Both the position numbers and the translations under genes were made by a program. From Vicugna vicugna (lineage: Eukaryota), in NCBI GenBank assembly GCA_013265495.1, contig MU058824.1, positions 1,453,111 to 1,517,110 of the forward strand: a stretch of 64,000 bases of DNA, in the 5' to 3' direction. Positions within the stretch are counted from its first letter, which is position 1. Every line of letters starts with the position of its first letter. This document shows positions 15,942 through 31,200 of this stretch, piece by piece. The notes beneath the pieces are model-generated. The model had not been told where the DNA came from and did not search any database. It was given only the letters and a program-made list of their open reading frames with translations.

Positions 15942-17464
15942 TAATCACCTGTGTTTTAAGCCCTTGCATCTTCAAGGGGGAAGCTACTCTCCAGCCCCAG
16001 AGAGCTCACCTCACAGCCTCAGGCAAGTTGTCCTGCCTCCCAAGGAGGGTGGAGCTGGGACCAGGTAGTCCCTGAGGCCTCTCTCCCAGCTCCAGCCTTC
16101 TGGGAGTCTCCTGGAGGGAAAGCCAGCAATGTTGTCCACACAGGTCCTAGAATGGTATCCCTGCTTCCCAGCCAGAAATCAAGCGACTCAGAGGGGAAAC
16201 AGGCGCCTCTGACAAGCCGAATCAGACAAAGCAGTGACCCCCTTGGCTTAATTGTGTGGGTGGAGGCTCCAGGTCAAGGGTCCTTTGCTGGGAGTATGGC
16301 CATTCCTGGCCCCCAGCTGACGCCTGCTGCTCCCCTCAGACCCTCCCCCACTGTGACAGGCCCTCCTCTGGGACCTGAGGCTTCCAGTTAGCCAGCTCAA
16401 GGGGCAGAGCGTCTCTGTCATCTCTCTTGTGACCCTGGAGTTTCATTCGAGAGAGGGAGAAGCTGGGAGGCCTTCCCAACCCACAGGCTTTGAACCCTGA
16501 GCCAGATCCCAGCCTGCTGGCCGTGGAGAGAGGACATTGACCTGCACAGTCCCAAGTGGGGGACTCCTGCTGCCTCTCTTGGCTACGGGGTGGCAGACCA
16601 AGCGCCCTTCCTCACTGCCAGCTTTCCCGCCCTCCCTACACTCGCAGACCCCACGCGGCACGGATACACACCGCTTCCATTTCATCTTTGCAGAGCAAGT
16701 GAGGGAAGCAGAGCTTCACGCCCCCTTGTGGGAGGAGGTGCCTGGGACCTGGCTAGAGAGGTGGGCCCTCCACCCAAGTCCAGTCGTCTTGCTCCTCCTG
16801 TGCCTAGAGTTCATGTCACTCAGAATTAGTCTCCCTGGGCTGCATCACACACACGTTTTCCTCTGATAAGCTCATCTCTTTTCCTGTGTCTCTTCTCCTT
16901 CACCCCCACCCCCCCATTCCCTTTCCCAATAAAACAATCTATCCCAATAGACTATTTTGCCTAGTAGGTTTTCAAATGAAGTTTTTGCCTAAAATTTTCA
17001 AAGAAGCACGTGCTTATTATTGAACACTTGGAGAGAAAAAAGAACAATCAAGGAAAAAGCATGTTGACAGTTTGTAGTATTTTCTTCTCAATCTTGTTTG
17101 TTACTTTTTTTAATAGCCTAGTTGAGTTTTAATAACTATTGCTACTTAACCTTTCTTAAGCACTTCCTGTATGTCAGGAGTTCCCTCAGATCCCTCAGAT
17201 ACCTTTATGTGGTGGGTGCTGAGGTCACCCCTTAACTTCCCTGCAGTTACACGGCTGGGAGAAGCAGAGGCAGAATTCGCGCCTCGGCCATGCTTGCTTA
17301 GACACACCGCCCCTCTGCCTTCCTGGTAGGGCAGGGCTTCTGGTGTTTATTCTTGGTTAAGTGGGTTAAGCCCTGCTGGCCTGTCTGCCCCCTTTTGAAG
17401 AGCCAGTGGAGAGGCAGGGGAGTAACATGTGCTCCGGAGCCACGGGGCTGAGTTCTCAGACTGA

Positions 17465-17710
<246 letters not shown>

Positions 17711-18998
17711 TAAAGGGCTTCAGAGAGCCGGTCCAGTATGGGGGCAGGGGGGCGATGCTTACCTCTTCCTTGTTGCCCAGGGCTGGTTTAGGCCGGGGCT
17801 GGGGACCCAGCAGGGACAAGAAGTAAGCTGGAGGTGAGCAATAAGGAATGGTGGGGACCAGGGAAAACTGGGGTGATTGTAAACACTTAGTGGCAGCAGT
17901 GGCCACTTTAAGAGTATGTGGGTCCTTGTTGCCACATCTTCTCATTTTTTTAGGAGAAACTAGAAATCTAGATTTTGATGTGGAGACTCAGTTTATAAAT
18001 GTAGGGAATTAAAAAATTTTTTTTGCATGATGTAGTACTGAGCTGGCTAAACTTGAGCACCTCTCTTTCCAGGCCATCTGTCAGCGGCCTGTGCTTTAGT
18101 GTGGAAAGTATCTGCTGGCTGCACCATTCTAGGCTCTCTCTGTGGGCCACAGGCCCCTGTCAGCTTCTCCCTGGAAACTTTAAAACCAAACTCCAGTTGC
18201 TTATTTCTAAACTGCGAGCTGAATATTTCTCTTTGAATTTCTTACCCTCCCAGTCCTGCTCTACTTGTTTGAAATCAAACTTATTTTTCTTCCCGTCCTG
18301 CCTGGGGTTCCAGCTCATTCTCAGATCTGCAGACTTGACATTCTGCTCATATCGATCGCTCACGCAAGCCCTTGGATTCTTCCTCGCAGTGTTGTTTGCA
18401 TAGGTCCCTTCATCCCCGCCATCACTGCCATCTCTGAAGGCCTCACAGCCTCCCGTTGGCACTGTGCCGGTGATCTCCTCACTGTGTGGGGTTATAAAGG
18501 CACCCTGGGGTGGTGCCTGTCCTCTCTCTAGGTGGGGAGGCATCAGCTATGGGAGCACATGGTCAGGCCTTGGTATGGACACCCTGACACCTCTCGCGTT
18601 GTTGCTGGAATAAGGGAAGGAGGTTATGCAGTCATGGATGTTTTAAGGTGTTTGGTGTTGCCTCTGTGTCCAGCTGTCTGTCCCTGTTTCACCATAAGAC
18701 TTTGAGCAAGTCACCACCCCTGGGTCTCCATTATTCAGTCTGTGCAATGAGGAGATTGATTAGAAGAAGTTTAGCCAGTTGGGTTCACTGCCACCTCCAG
18801 CCTATTGGAAAGGTCCCCTAAGAGCTGGTCAGGAAGAATCTAGAGAGAACCATGGCTTTGGAGAAAGGGTTCTGTGGTCAGTTGGTAATGCCTGCCATGG
18901 GCCAAGGAGACGGGACGGGAAGCAAGTGTGAAGTGTGGTCATTATCCCTGAGCTAAGGGCACTTAGGGTGTGACCTCTGCTCTGCACTCCCTTGGCAG

Positions 18999-19197
18999 TC
19001 CTGGTGGAACCGAATGTCCAATCGGTTTCGGAAGCTCAAACTGATGCAGACCCTGCCCCGTGGGCTGTCCAGCAACCAGCCATTGCCTTTCTGTGATGAA
19101 ACAGAGCCAGCGCTGGACTCCACAATGAGGGCGGCCCCCCTAGACAAGACCAGCCGCTCTGGGCTCCCCGATGTGACTCCCCCGACCAAAGACAATG
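18999..19197 (+). CDS. ANKS6: ANKS6 exon 7 ([22 protein letters not shown]...PTKDN)
   Basis: ccttggcag|TCC...AATG|gtaaga. Confidence 0.95.
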
Positions 19198-19967
19198 GTA
19201 AGAAAAGTTGCATGTGTGGTAGTATTTCCGGGATGGTCAAACCCTGGACCTCTTTGCCCTCATCCTCTGCCCTTTGTCCTAGTTCCTGGGCTGATGTCAG
19301 AGGTGAGATGATGTTGGAATGTGACACTAGGGTGGAGTGACTGATCTGGTGAAGAAGAGACTTAGGGATGTAACTGCTGTCGATGTGGTAGAATGCAGAA
19401 GCTGGTAGTAAGAGTCCCAGGTCCCGGTCCCACATGCCCTGTTGAGAGACCATTGGTCAGTTACTACCTCTCTCTTGCCTTCAATAGGTGATTTTCCTAC
19501 CTTCCAAATGTTATTGGTATGGCACTGACAGTGTTTTAAAATAGAGTGAGTTACTGGGGTTGGAGTGAAGGAAGTGAGCTCCCCACCACTGGAGGTATTC
19601 AACAGATTGGATGACTTTGCCAGGGCACTGAAGGAGATTCCCACACTGATTGGGAGATCGATTAGATCAGATCCCTTCTAACAGTCAGACTCCCACACCC
19701 AGATGAGATTCTTTGGCACCACTGTTTGAGACAGACTATTGAGCTGGGTGTACCACTGTCTGACCCAGCATGACAGTGGTTTATGGAAAAGCTGAAAACA
19801 GTCTCTGAAATACCTTTTAAATGCTTTCCTTCTATTCAAATATTGAATACCAATTATTATTAAATATTTAATCACTCAGGAGAGTTGGTTTTCCAGGATG
19901 AAGGCCGAGCTGGTCACTCATCCTCGTACCGTGAACTCATTTCAGGAAACTTCCATTTGTTTCTCAG

Positions 19968-20017
19968 GTCCTGGGAGCACAAGAGGAGAAAAAGAAGATG
20001 TATTATTGACAACCATG
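19968..20017 (+). CDS. ANKS6: ANKS6 exon 8 (GPGSTRGEKEDVLLTTM)
   Basis: tttctcag|GT...ATG|gtgagt; 50 bp. Confidence 0.93.
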
Positions 20018-20392
20018 GTGAGTGTGGGGCTTTTCTAAAAGCATTTGAGGTCTCTGCCAATCGTTAGTGGATTGATTTATAAGGAGAGATGTGGGCATTT
20101 GTCTTTCTTTGTGGTGGTCACGGATAGGGTCAGAATTGAAGCGTGTAACAAGGGGTACATCTCTCGCACCAAGGAATCAGAGCAGGTGCCAGCCCCAAAT
20201 TGTGGGTAAGGCTGTGCTGGTACTTAGCAACCAGAAGGAAGCCCTGATCACGTTCTCAGGGAAGCAGCACTGAGGACAGGGGCCTTGTAGGGGTAGGAAT
20301 TGGTTACAGAGAGCCAAGGAGAGAAGAGTCAAAGAGAACAGTGTGTTTCTACCCTGAGAGAAGCTTCAGTTTCCACATCTATAAATTAGAGA

Positions 20393-20900
20393 TGTATCAG
20401 GGTTAGGTTCAGCTACAAGTAACAGAAAATCCCCAAATACCTGGCATACGTATGATAGCATCATATTTCTCTCAAGTGAGGGAAGTTCAGAACTGGCCCC
20501 CACAGAGTTAGGGACCTAGATTCCTTTTACTTGTTGGTCTCCCAGGTGTCTTCTACTACTGAGGTCACCTCTTGGTCCAAGAGGGCTGCCAGAGCTCTGT
20601 CCACTACTGCCTCATTCCAGCCAGTAGGAAAGATGATGGGAAAAGAGGTGACAATGGGCACATGCCAGGTGTCTTTAAAGAAGTTTCCTGGAAACTCACA
20701 CATCACTTTTGCCTACTAATGTAATAGTAATGTAATGTAATAATGGGCCAGAATTTAGTCACATGGCGCATTCATACTGCACAGGAGGCTGAGAAATGAA
20801 GTCTTTATTCTGGGCGGTCATGTGCCCATCTAAATATCAGATGTGTCCGCTGACAAAGATGTGGAGGATGGATATTGGGTGATAGCCAGCCTTCTCTGAC
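20393..20900. mobile_element. Old MaLR (MLT1J/K-like) LTR
   Basis: tgtatcagggttaggttcagctacaagtaacagaaaa...gggccagaatttagtcacatggc...ggaggctgagaaatg. Confidence 0.6.
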
Positions 20901-22858
20901 TTAGGGGATGCTATCCCTCATGGTTATAGTTTTTAAATGAGATTGTCCCCAGGAAGTTCTTAACATAGTGCCTCGCCCAGAATGAGCTCTCACTTACCTG
21001 CCATATGACCTTGGACGTGTCACCTCACCTCTCTGGGCTTCATTCCTCTCTCTGAAATGAGTATCCTGGCTGGAGTTGGACTCAGGTCCCTTTAGCTCTG
21101 AGGCCCTAATCTGGAGGCTGGCCAGGAGAGGGCAGTATTGGAGAGGAGGAGAGAGCAGAGGTGCACCTGGGGAAGGACTGAGCTGACCCAGGACCTGCGG
21201 ATCCCGCAGTGCAGTAGGTGTGAATTGGTGTCTGTGCACTGTCTGTGGGACTTGTACTGCCTGATACTTGACACTGTTATTAAACAGCAATAATTACTCT
21301 CAATATAAAGACAGAAATACTGTTATTGAAATTTTGGAAGATGCAATAAAGTATAAAGAAAAAGAAAATCACCCATGATCACACACCCAGGTGTAATCAT
21401 AATTGACATTTTGTGACATGTATCTTTTGAGTATTTTTCCTAACCAGTTTTTCGCATCTATGAATACGATATCGTCTTTTATTTAATAAACGAATGCTTA
21501 ACACAGCACTAAGTATGTACCAGCCAAATACTTAGTATTTGCAGCACTTTACCTGTATTCACTCATTTAATATCCCTGACAACCATGCCAGGTCAGGCAC
21601 TGTTATCATCCTCATGTTGTGCTGAACCTAGAGTGTTAAAATTTTGTCATGACCATCTTTTCTGTATCAGAAACTCTCTTTGGCCACATCACATATAACG
21701 GCTGGTGCAACATTCCATCATGGGACCTCATCTCTTCATCCAAGACTGACTTGCTGGACTTTGGGTTTCCTAGTTTTTCATTATTTTAACAGCTCTGATG
21801 AAAATCCTTATGTAGATGAGCCTGTTGAGGTCCAGAAGGGGATGGCACTTATTCACGAACTCAGAAAAGCAGGACAGAGCCAGGTGGGAAACCCAGGATG
21901 GAATTCCTCCAGGCTTGGAGCTCTCCTGTCCCGCCTCCTCGTGCCCAGTAGAGGGCACCAGCGTGCCCGTCTGCACCCTGGCAGATGGAGGAGGGCCAGG
22001 GTGCTCTGCTGAGTGGGCGTTTGCAGCCATCCTTGTGGAGATGCCCGCCTGCCCGGCTCCTGAGGCAGGGTTAGCTGTGGGATGCCCTTCCCTGCAAGGC
22101 ACCATCTGGCACCAAGTTCAGTGTCTTTTCTTAATTAAAGTTAGCATGGACTGTGTGAAAGCTTTTCCTTGACGATCCACCAGTCATCATTGTGTAGATT
22201 TTATACTGACCCCAAATCACATTTTCAAAACTTAAAATTAAATTGCAGTTAAAAATGTCAGCAGTGGGAGGTGTGACTGGAATAGGAAGGATGTGGTGGG
22301 AAGGGGGAGGGAGGGTTTTCTGGGCTCACAGGGAGCCAGCCCAGGCCTTCCGGTGCCTTTGTCCCCTGCCCTTTCTCCTGAAACCCCCGACTCTGGTCTC
22401 ACAGGTCTCCTTGTTATTCTGCACACTGGTCCTGCTCTTCTTGTCTCCAGGCCTTTCCATGTTCTGTTCCCTTGTCTGCAGTGCCCTTTCCCCCATCCTC
22501 TCTGAGCCAGCTTGCATTGGCCTTTGGGCTCAGCTCAGGTGCCCCTCCCCTCTGCTCCCCCATCACAGGACACCCAACATCTCCCAGCTTCTCTGTGGCT
22601 CCACACCCTGCCCCTGCCTCTGTTCTAGTCTTGCCCCTGTGGACAGATCCAAGAGAGGCTGGGACTTGGAGCAGGGCAGACGTGGGTATTGCTAGGTTGC
22701 TGGGAGGAGAGCTGAGGACACCACGTGGGTTTCTGGCTTGTGAGAGGGGTGGGGGTAGGTGGCGGTGCCGTTCTCTGAGAAGCAGGGGAAACCCAGAATC
22801 TTCCTCCCAGAGCCAGGAGCCCACCTGGCTTGCCTAACCCACAGCCTGTCTTTTTCAG

Positions 22859-23062
22859 CTTCGGAATGGAGCCCCCTTCACCAGACTACCGAGCGACAAG
22901 CTGAAGGCAGTCATCCCCCCTTTCTTACCCCCTTCCAGCTTTGAGCTGTGGAGCTCGGAACGGTCCCGAACATGTCACAACGGGAGGGCAGACCCCATGA
23001 AGACTGTGCTGCCCCAGAGAGCCAGCAGGGGTCACCCCGTGGGCAGCGGGAGCACAGACGCA
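22859..23062 (+). CDS. ANKS6: ANKS6 exon 9 ([33 protein letters not shown]...GSGSTDA)
   Basis: tttttcag|CTT...GCA|gtaagt; 204 bp, phase 0-0. Confidence 0.95.
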
Positions 23063-24176
23063 GTAAGTCTTCCGCTGACACCCTTTGACACGTCACTTGC
23101 TGCTCACTGACCTTGTGATGTGTTGCAGGCGGAAGAGACCTCAGACCCACTAATCCAGAGGGGTTGAAGCTTTTTATTTTCTTTTAAATGAGTGAAATCC
23201 TTTTGTCTAATGAAACCCTACAAAGGAACTTAATATGTAAGCAGATTAAAATGTTGGAGTGAGTGGAGTGAAATGGGAGCCCCGCTCTCTGGAACCCTGG
23301 AGCTCCAAGGAACCCAGTTTGAAGACCTGATCTAACCCACCCTTCCCTTTAGTAGATGAGGAAACTGGGACCCAGAGAAGGGAAGTCACTTGCTGAAGGT
23401 TACCCAGCTGCATGGGGGCTAGGATGCTGGGACCAGATACCAGGTTCTTGGCCTCTAATCAAGTTCCATACTTACTGCATTAGTACACAGGTCCAGGACC
23501 AAGTGCAAACACTGGGAGCAGCTGAGTGTGCTTCTGGTGTTCTCTTGCACACAGAAAGAGTACGACTTCTGTCCTTTTGGCCACAGTGGTTTCTGACCTG
23601 GTGGCCCTCAGTGTGTCTCTGTAATGAACTGAGGTAGTCCCTCTCCAGGTGGGAGCTGCTCTCTATATATGTAGACTGTCGTCACTGTGGATACAGTAGG
23701 TGTGGACAGGGATTTAGGACCTGCCCTGCCGCTATGTGTTGAACACCTGGAGAAATTCAGGCCCCCGTCTCTGTCTGTGAGATGGGTTGATTTCCGGAGC
23801 TTGCTGCTGCCTCCCTGGACGTCGTAATACTAAGTCACTAGTGGGAGACCAGGGGCCTGGCGCCTGGAGGTGTTCAAAATGGACAGAGTGGGATTATGTT
23901 AGTTCCCCACGTGGAAGGAGGTGGGTGACCGATGGGAAACGGTGTCACAGAGGCTCAGCTTGAGCTAATGGCTGGTCGGGTTGTCAGTGGATAGAAGTGA
24001 ACTTCCAGCCCACGGGGGCCCTAGCAGGCAGAGCACCAGTCGGCAGGGATGTGCTGGTGGATGCAAGCATCAGCCAGGATGGGCCAGCCGAACTCCAGGT
24101 CCCTCCCCACTGTGATCTGTGCATCCAAAGGAGTGAGCAGCAGACCCTAACTGCGATATCCGCCTTATTCTTGCAG

Positions 24177-24330
24177 ACTCCCATCAGGCCGGTTAAGTTT
24201 CCATCTCTCTCCAGAAGCCCAGCCTCTCCTGCCAATTCTGGAAACTTCAATCACTCGCCTCATTCCTCCGGTGGCTCCAGTGGGGTAGGGGGCATGAGCA
24301 GGCACGGCGGGGAGCTGCACAACCGCTCAG
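24177..24330 (+). CDS. ANKS6: ANKS6 exon 10 ([31 protein letters not shown]...LHNRS)
   Basis: tcttgcag|ACT...TCAG|gtaggg. Confidence 0.95.
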
Positions 24331-26534
24331 GTAGGGACCTGGGGACCAGGCAGGCCACTCTGGGGAAGTGGGAAGATTCCTTGGGGTTGAGAGTGTGAAC
24401 CGCCCCCTGTGCTCGCTCTGGGGACAGCCCTAGAAAGGCCCGCACAACTTGTCTTTCTCCTCCATGTGCCTAAGGCAATCTTCAGTGAATCCACAATTCA
24501 GAGTTTCTTTTATGCATTTTCTTAGGGTGGGAGAGAGGGGAGTGGGAAGGCGAGAAATAGTCTATAATGCTTTATTTCCTTGGAAAATTTTACAAGAAAC
24601 TAAGAGAAATGCATGGGGGTTTTTTTGGTATTTAAAATCCTTGAAGGTTAAACCTTAGATATCTTTTCATCCTTACCCTTCATTGAACAGATGAGATAAC
24701 AAGCTCAGAGTGGGTGACAGATTAGCCCAGGGACACACAGCAAGTAGGGGACAATTAAGACTCAAAGTCGATTGAGCTACAGATATTTTGGGCTTTTGGC
24801 ATACTTTCTCTTTTTTAAATTTTAATTTTTTTCACATCATTACACTTATTTACCATATTCTTTCAGCAAACATTTGTTGACCACTTATTATATGTGAGGC
24901 AACGCCTAGGCAATAGAGTACTTAGCAGTAAAGAATTCAAAATCAGTTCTCTAGGAAGTTTTATTCTGGTGTTAACAGATAGTTTTTTTAAAAAATCTAA
25001 CAATAGTAAATACTGTTTAAAAAAATGAAACAGAATATGGGAATAGGTAATGAGGCTGGTTACAGGACACTTTCTAGTCCTCCCCAAAGGCCACCAGGAT
25101 TAACTAAAGCCAGTTTTGCAGGAAGGAAACCTGCTTTATGCCATTACATAAGGAATGCATGCTTCATGTGGAAAAGCTTGAAGACTAGATAAATCAAAAG
25201 AACAAAAGGAAAGAGAGAGGGAGAGGAAGAAGAAGAAGAATCTCACCTACTGGGATCATCATTAACATTTTGGTGTATGTCTTTGCAAGGTGCTTTATGC
25301 ATATTTATGAAAGCAGAATAATAATTTATTGAGCACTGAGCTTGTGCCCTTTAAGTGGATTGTCTCGTTCAGTCCTCCAGCAACCTGTGAGGGTATCCTC
25401 TCCACTTTACAGAGTGGGGAACTGCACTCAGAGAAATTAAATAACTCGCCCAGGGTCACACAGCTGTGAAGTAGCAGAGCCAGGACCTGAACGCAGGCAG
25501 GCCAACTTCTGAGTGGAGTCTGCCCTGTAACCTTTTTCCTCTTTCCACCCGTTACTATGTTGTAAACACCTTTTCTGTGTCAATCAATACACATATGTCT
25601 ATAGTGTCTTTTAAATAACCAAACAGCCTTCCACTCATATGAGGTATCACAGTTTTAATTAACCAGCTCCCTCTTGTTGAGCACTGAGGCTGTTCTCGAT
25701 TTTCGCCCTTATAGGTCCCACTCTAAGTAATGGCTTCATACCTCTGTGCTTGCATGCTTGTTTAATGATTTGCTTAATGTAAGTTCCCTTGACTCAGGGT
25801 GGTGGGGTCAATGGGTTTGCCTGTTTTTGAGGCTTTACATTTTGCCCTCTGGAGCGGCTCTGTTTACACGTGTAAAATACTCACAGCAGTGCCTGGCCCC
25901 TAGTAAGTGCTCTATAAATGTTAGTTATCAGTGTTCTTCCTCTAGCATGCTCCCTCACCCTGGATATTATCACTTTCCCTTTTTCCTTCATTATAATTCA
26001 AGGTTGCTAGTAGGTTTGGGGAAACAGGGAGGGGGACCTGGCAATCAGGATTCAATCAGGGAAGCTGACCCCCTGAGCATTACGGAGTGAGGAGGTTATT
26101 GATATAGCTGTGGGAGTAACTGGGGATGTAGAGATCCAGGAGGCTGGATGATGACAGAGGAGCCCTGGCATGGCCGCATGTGCAGCTGCTGGAAGGTGTT
26201 ACAGAGGGGCTGCTGTGGGAATGCAGGGCAGGGAGTGGCGTCTGTGCCTGCTGGGGGCTGACTGAGCTGGCTGTGCCTTGGGGGAAAGTGAGGACAAACA
26301 GATTTTGCCTGCATAGCATCTCACCACCTCTTACAATGACGCCTTTGGAGCCTGATGGCCATCCACCTGCCAGTTCTGATGCACAGTCCTTCTGTGGTCA
26401 GCCCTGATGCACAGCCACATGGGGAGGGGTCTGGAAAATGTGGTTCCGGCTCAGCCAGGTTGACACCCGATGTCCACCACCCGTGCTGCCGTGCTCTGGA
26501 CCCAGGGCAGTCATTCCTATTCCTGTTTCCTCAG

Positions 26535-26704
26535 GTGGCAGCATAGACAGTGTCCTGTCCCAGATCGCTGCCCAGAGGAAGAAAGCAGCTGGGTTATCCG
26601 AGCAGAAGCCCAGCCACCGGTCAAGTCCTGTTGGGCCAGCGCCCAGCTCTAGCCCGTCTGAGCTCCCAGTCTCCCCTGCAGGCAGCGGTGTTCCTGGTGG
26701 CAAG
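26535..26704 (+). CDS. ANKS6: ANKS6 exon 11 ([20 protein letters not shown]...VPGGK)
   Basis: ttcctcag|GT...AAG|gtgctt. Confidence 0.94.
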
Positions 26705-28269
26705 GTGCTTGTTCTGTTTCTGTCTCCTCCTGTGATGCTCACAGATTCTGTCCTAACACAGCCCGTGTGCTGGGGGGTATGGGGGGTGCCACTGTCCTGG
26801 GACTGAACTAAACTGACCCCTTCCAGCCAGCCACTCGTGGGCTTTCTAAGAAGGGCCATTGTGGATTTCACACTCTGTGCCCTCAGTCTCCTGCACATGT
26901 GTGTTTACCTCCTGTCTGATCTCCAGGGCACCTGAGGTGGGAGGGGCACTGAGGTGCGGGGTGAGCACCAGGCTCCTGCAGCCCTGCGCTGGTCATCCAG
27001 CCTCACATTGCACATGGTTTTTTCCACTGATTTATAGCAAAAGGGTTCAGGAGGTACTGCCTAGGTTCAAATCTCAGCCTCACACTTTAGCATTTAGAGT
27101 GGGGCCTGGTTCAATGATCACTTGATATTGTTAACATAATAATATGCTGTAACCTTGGGGAGCTGCTTAAAAAATCAGGTTTCTGGGTTCCATGCAGCAT
27201 AACTGAATGAGACTCTCAGGGTAGGGTCTGGGGAATCTGTTTTTCCCCCTGAAGAGTGTTGCAGCCAGCCCAGCCCAGGTTCTTAGAAACCATCACCCTA
27301 AATCAAAAGCTACAGGAGTGGGCTTCCTGTCAAAGGCTCCAACAGCAAAATGGAGACATGAAGTGCTTTTCAGAGACTCCCTTAGGAAAAATTAGAAATT
27401 AGTCTTCAAAATATTCTGAATATGGTTTTTGTACTTTGCTTAAAACAAACACCACTGCAATGGTGGAATATTCATAAGGCATGGCTTCTGACATGAACTG
27501 TGCCTTAGGAGACACAGAATTGGGGGGGGAGATCAGAGTGGACATCAAGATTTCCCACATCCTGGGAAGCCCAAAGGCCCACTGAGTATTTCAGCTTTCT
27601 AGTCCCACCCTAAAGCACAGTGGTTTAAAACAAAAAGTATTTCTTTTGCTTGTAAATCTATGGCTGGGCAGTTTAGTCTGGACTTAGCTAGACAATTCTT
27701 CCGGTCTAGGGGGATCTCGTAAATGTTGGGGTCAAACTGGGCCATGTGTGTCCACATCAAGCTGGGACATGTTCTCATGGCAACAGCCGAAGGCATAAAT
27801 TGAAATCTAATCAAGTTGTTTAAGCAAGTCATCACACCCACTGCAGGAGATCACACAGAATTACATACCAAAGTATATGGATCCAGGGACGGGTGGAGAT
27901 GATGCCATTATATGATCAGTCTGCCACACTGGGGACGTGGGGAATAGTTCAAATATTTCAGAGCATCCTAATCTTACATTTAACCTGCTCCCTTCCCAAT
28001 AATGCTGCCCACAAGGTTCAGAGTATTGTGTTTCTTTACTCTTGGCTGCAATAGATCTGTTTTGTAAAGATACACTAATTATCTCCTGCTTAATCAGAAG
28101 CTTAATTATGGAATGTCTTTCTTTATAGAAAAAGCAGGAGGAAGAATTCTTAAATAATGTAGGCAGCTTATTGACAAAGTCCTTCAAAACCTAAGAAAAG
28201 GACTTCTTTTTCCACTCTAGAATGTAGTTAGCTAAAAGGAGCATTAAAGGCTTAGCAGAAGGAAATGTG

Positions 28270-31200
28270 TACCCACTTCCATGCATAAAAACTACTTATC
28301 TTGGTCTCTCCTATATGAAATGTCCAAGTTTTAGCATAAATTACAAGATTTGCAAAAAGGCAAGAAACATCACACTCCCAAGAAACAAGGCAATCATCAG
28401 AATCTGATGTAGATGTGAAATAGGTGTTGGAATTATGTGACAGGTAATTTAAGAGAACTACAGTTAATATGTTATAGGCTCTAATGGAAAATTTGAACAA
28501 CATGCAACATCATATGAGTAACTATTTCAGCAGAGAAATGGAAATTATAAGAAAGAATCAAATGGAAATGCTCAAATTAAAAAAAATATGTAACAAAGAT
28601 CAGGAATGCCTTTGATGGGCTCCTCAGTAAACTGAACACAGCCAAGGAAAGAATCAGTGAATCTGAAGATAGGGCAATGGAAATTACCCAAACTGAAAAA
28701 AAAGTAAAAAAGAAGTTAAAGCAAAAACAAAAGCAGAGTACCCCAGAATGCTGAGAGACTATTAGATGCTCTCACACACAGGTAATTGGAATCTCTAAAG
28801 AAAGAGAGAAAGAGAGACAGAATGGTGGGGCAGAAGGAGTATATATAAATGCAAAATATGTATATTTTTAACAGCCAAGAATTTCCCCAAATTAATGACA
28901 GATGCCAAACCTCGGATCCAGGAAGTTTAGAGAACACTGAATAGAGTAAATACCCAAAAGAACACACCTTAGCTGTACATACTGAACTACTAAAAATAAG
29001 ACAAAGAGAAAATCTTGAGAGCAGTCAGAGAAAAAAGAAATTACATACAGAGGAACAAAAAAAAAAAAGAATTGCAGCAGACTTCTTGTAAGAAATTATG
29101 TAAATCAAAGACAGCAGAGTGATGTCTTTAAAGTGCTAAAAGGAAAAAAACAGTCATCTTGTCTCATAAAATGAGTTGGGAAGTATTATTCTATTTTTCT
29201 GGAAGAGATTTTGTAGAATTGGTAATACTTTTTCCCTAACTGTTTGATAAAATTTTAAGATTTGCCAGTGAAACTGTCGGGGCCTGACATGTTCTTTTCT
29301 TGAAAATTTTAAATTACAAAATAAAATTTTTAATAAGTATAAGATTATTCAGGTTACCTGCTTCTTCTTGAGTGAGTTTTGCATTTTGTGTCTTCAAAAA
29401 GTATTCTTTTTCATCTTAGTTGTTGAATTTATGGACATAGAATTGTTAGTGTTCCTTTATTAATAATTTTAATGTCTGGAGCCAGTAGGAATGTCTACTT
29501 TTTCATTCCTGATATTGGTCATTTGTGACTTCTCTCTTTTTTCTCTTGGTCAGTCTAGCTAGAATTTTATTAATCATATTGATGTTTTCAAAGAAACAAC
29601 TTTGGTTTTATTGACTTTTCTCTATTTTTATATTTTCAGTTTCATTGATCTATGACCTTATCTGTAATTTCCTTTCCTCTACTTGCTTGGAGTTTTATTT
29701 GTCCTCTAGTTTCTTACGGTGGAAGCTTAGAGCACTGTTTAGAGATCTGTTCTACGTGAGCACTTCAATGCTGTAATTTTAACTCTACATACTGCTTTGC
29801 CTGCATCCTGCAAATTTTGATATATTTTAATTTTAATTCACTTTAAAATATTTTTTTCATTTCTTTTGAGACTTCCTCTTTGGCCCAAAGATTATTTAGA
29901 TTATTTAGTGTATTGTTTGTTTTGCACTCATTTCGTATTTTTCCAGAAATCTTTGTTACTGAGATCTAGTTTAATGCTAGTTTATTTCTGTTCCTTTAAA
30001 TGTGTTGAGGTCTGTTTTATGCTCTAGAATGCGTGCTAGCTTGGTGAATCTCCCATATGCACTTGAAAAGAAAGTGTATTTTGCTGTGGTGGTGGAAGTG
30101 GGCAAGTTCTATAAATGTCAGGTCTGTTTGGTTTATAGGTTGTTCAAGTCTTTACATGTGTACTGATTTTCTGTCTACTTGTTCTGTCAGTTACTAAGAG
30201 AGGAATATTGGTCTCTGTCTATAGCTGTGGATTGTTCCATTTCTCCTTTCAGTTTTATCAGTTTTTGCCTCATGTATTTTAAAGCTCTATACACATTGAG
30301 GATTGCTATGTCTTCTTGGAGAACTGACCTCTATAGCATTATGCAGAGTCCCTCTTTCCCCTTGAGATAGGAAACAAGGATATGTTTTCAAGAGAGTACA
30401 GGAAAAGAAAATGCCAGACCAATAGCCCTCATGAACAGAAGTGTAAAAATCCTCCACAAAACATTAGCAGATCTAATCCAGTGATAAAGTAAAAGGATAA
30501 TACATTCTGACCAAGTGGAGTTTATCCCAGGAATGCAAATCTAGTTCAACATTATAAAATCAATCAGTTTAATTCACCATATTAACAGATTAAAGAATAA
30601 AATGCAGAAAAAGCACTTGGCAAAATTCAGGCTCCATTGGTGACCAGAACTCTTGACAAACTAAGAATTGAAGAGAACTTCCTGGACCTCATATAAAATA
30701 CCTATCCTACTTGATGGTAAAAGACTGAGTGCTTTTCCCCTAAGATCAGGAGCAAGGATGTTGTCTCTTACATCCAAGTCTTTCACTTTGTACCAAAAAC
30801 TATAGCTAGTGTAATAAGGTCTGAAACAAACAAAAGGTACACAGGTTAGAAAGGAAGAGATAAAGCTATCTCTATTTTTAGATGACATGATGGTCTGCTT
30901 AGAAAACTCAAAAAAAAACCCCCAAATCTACACAAAAGCTCTTAGGACTAGTAAGTGAGTTCAGCAGGATCTGAGGATACAAGGTCAATATACAAAAGTC
31001 AATTGTATTTCTATATACTAGCAATGAACAATTTGACTTTTTACATTTGAAATTTAAAATGTATCATTTATAATACATTTGAAATGTATTATATGAAAAT
31101 GTATTATGAGAATGAAAGATTAGGTATGAATCTAATGAAGTATGTGCAGAATCTATAGGTTGAAAACCACAAGACATTGATAAATCAAAGAAGCTTAAGT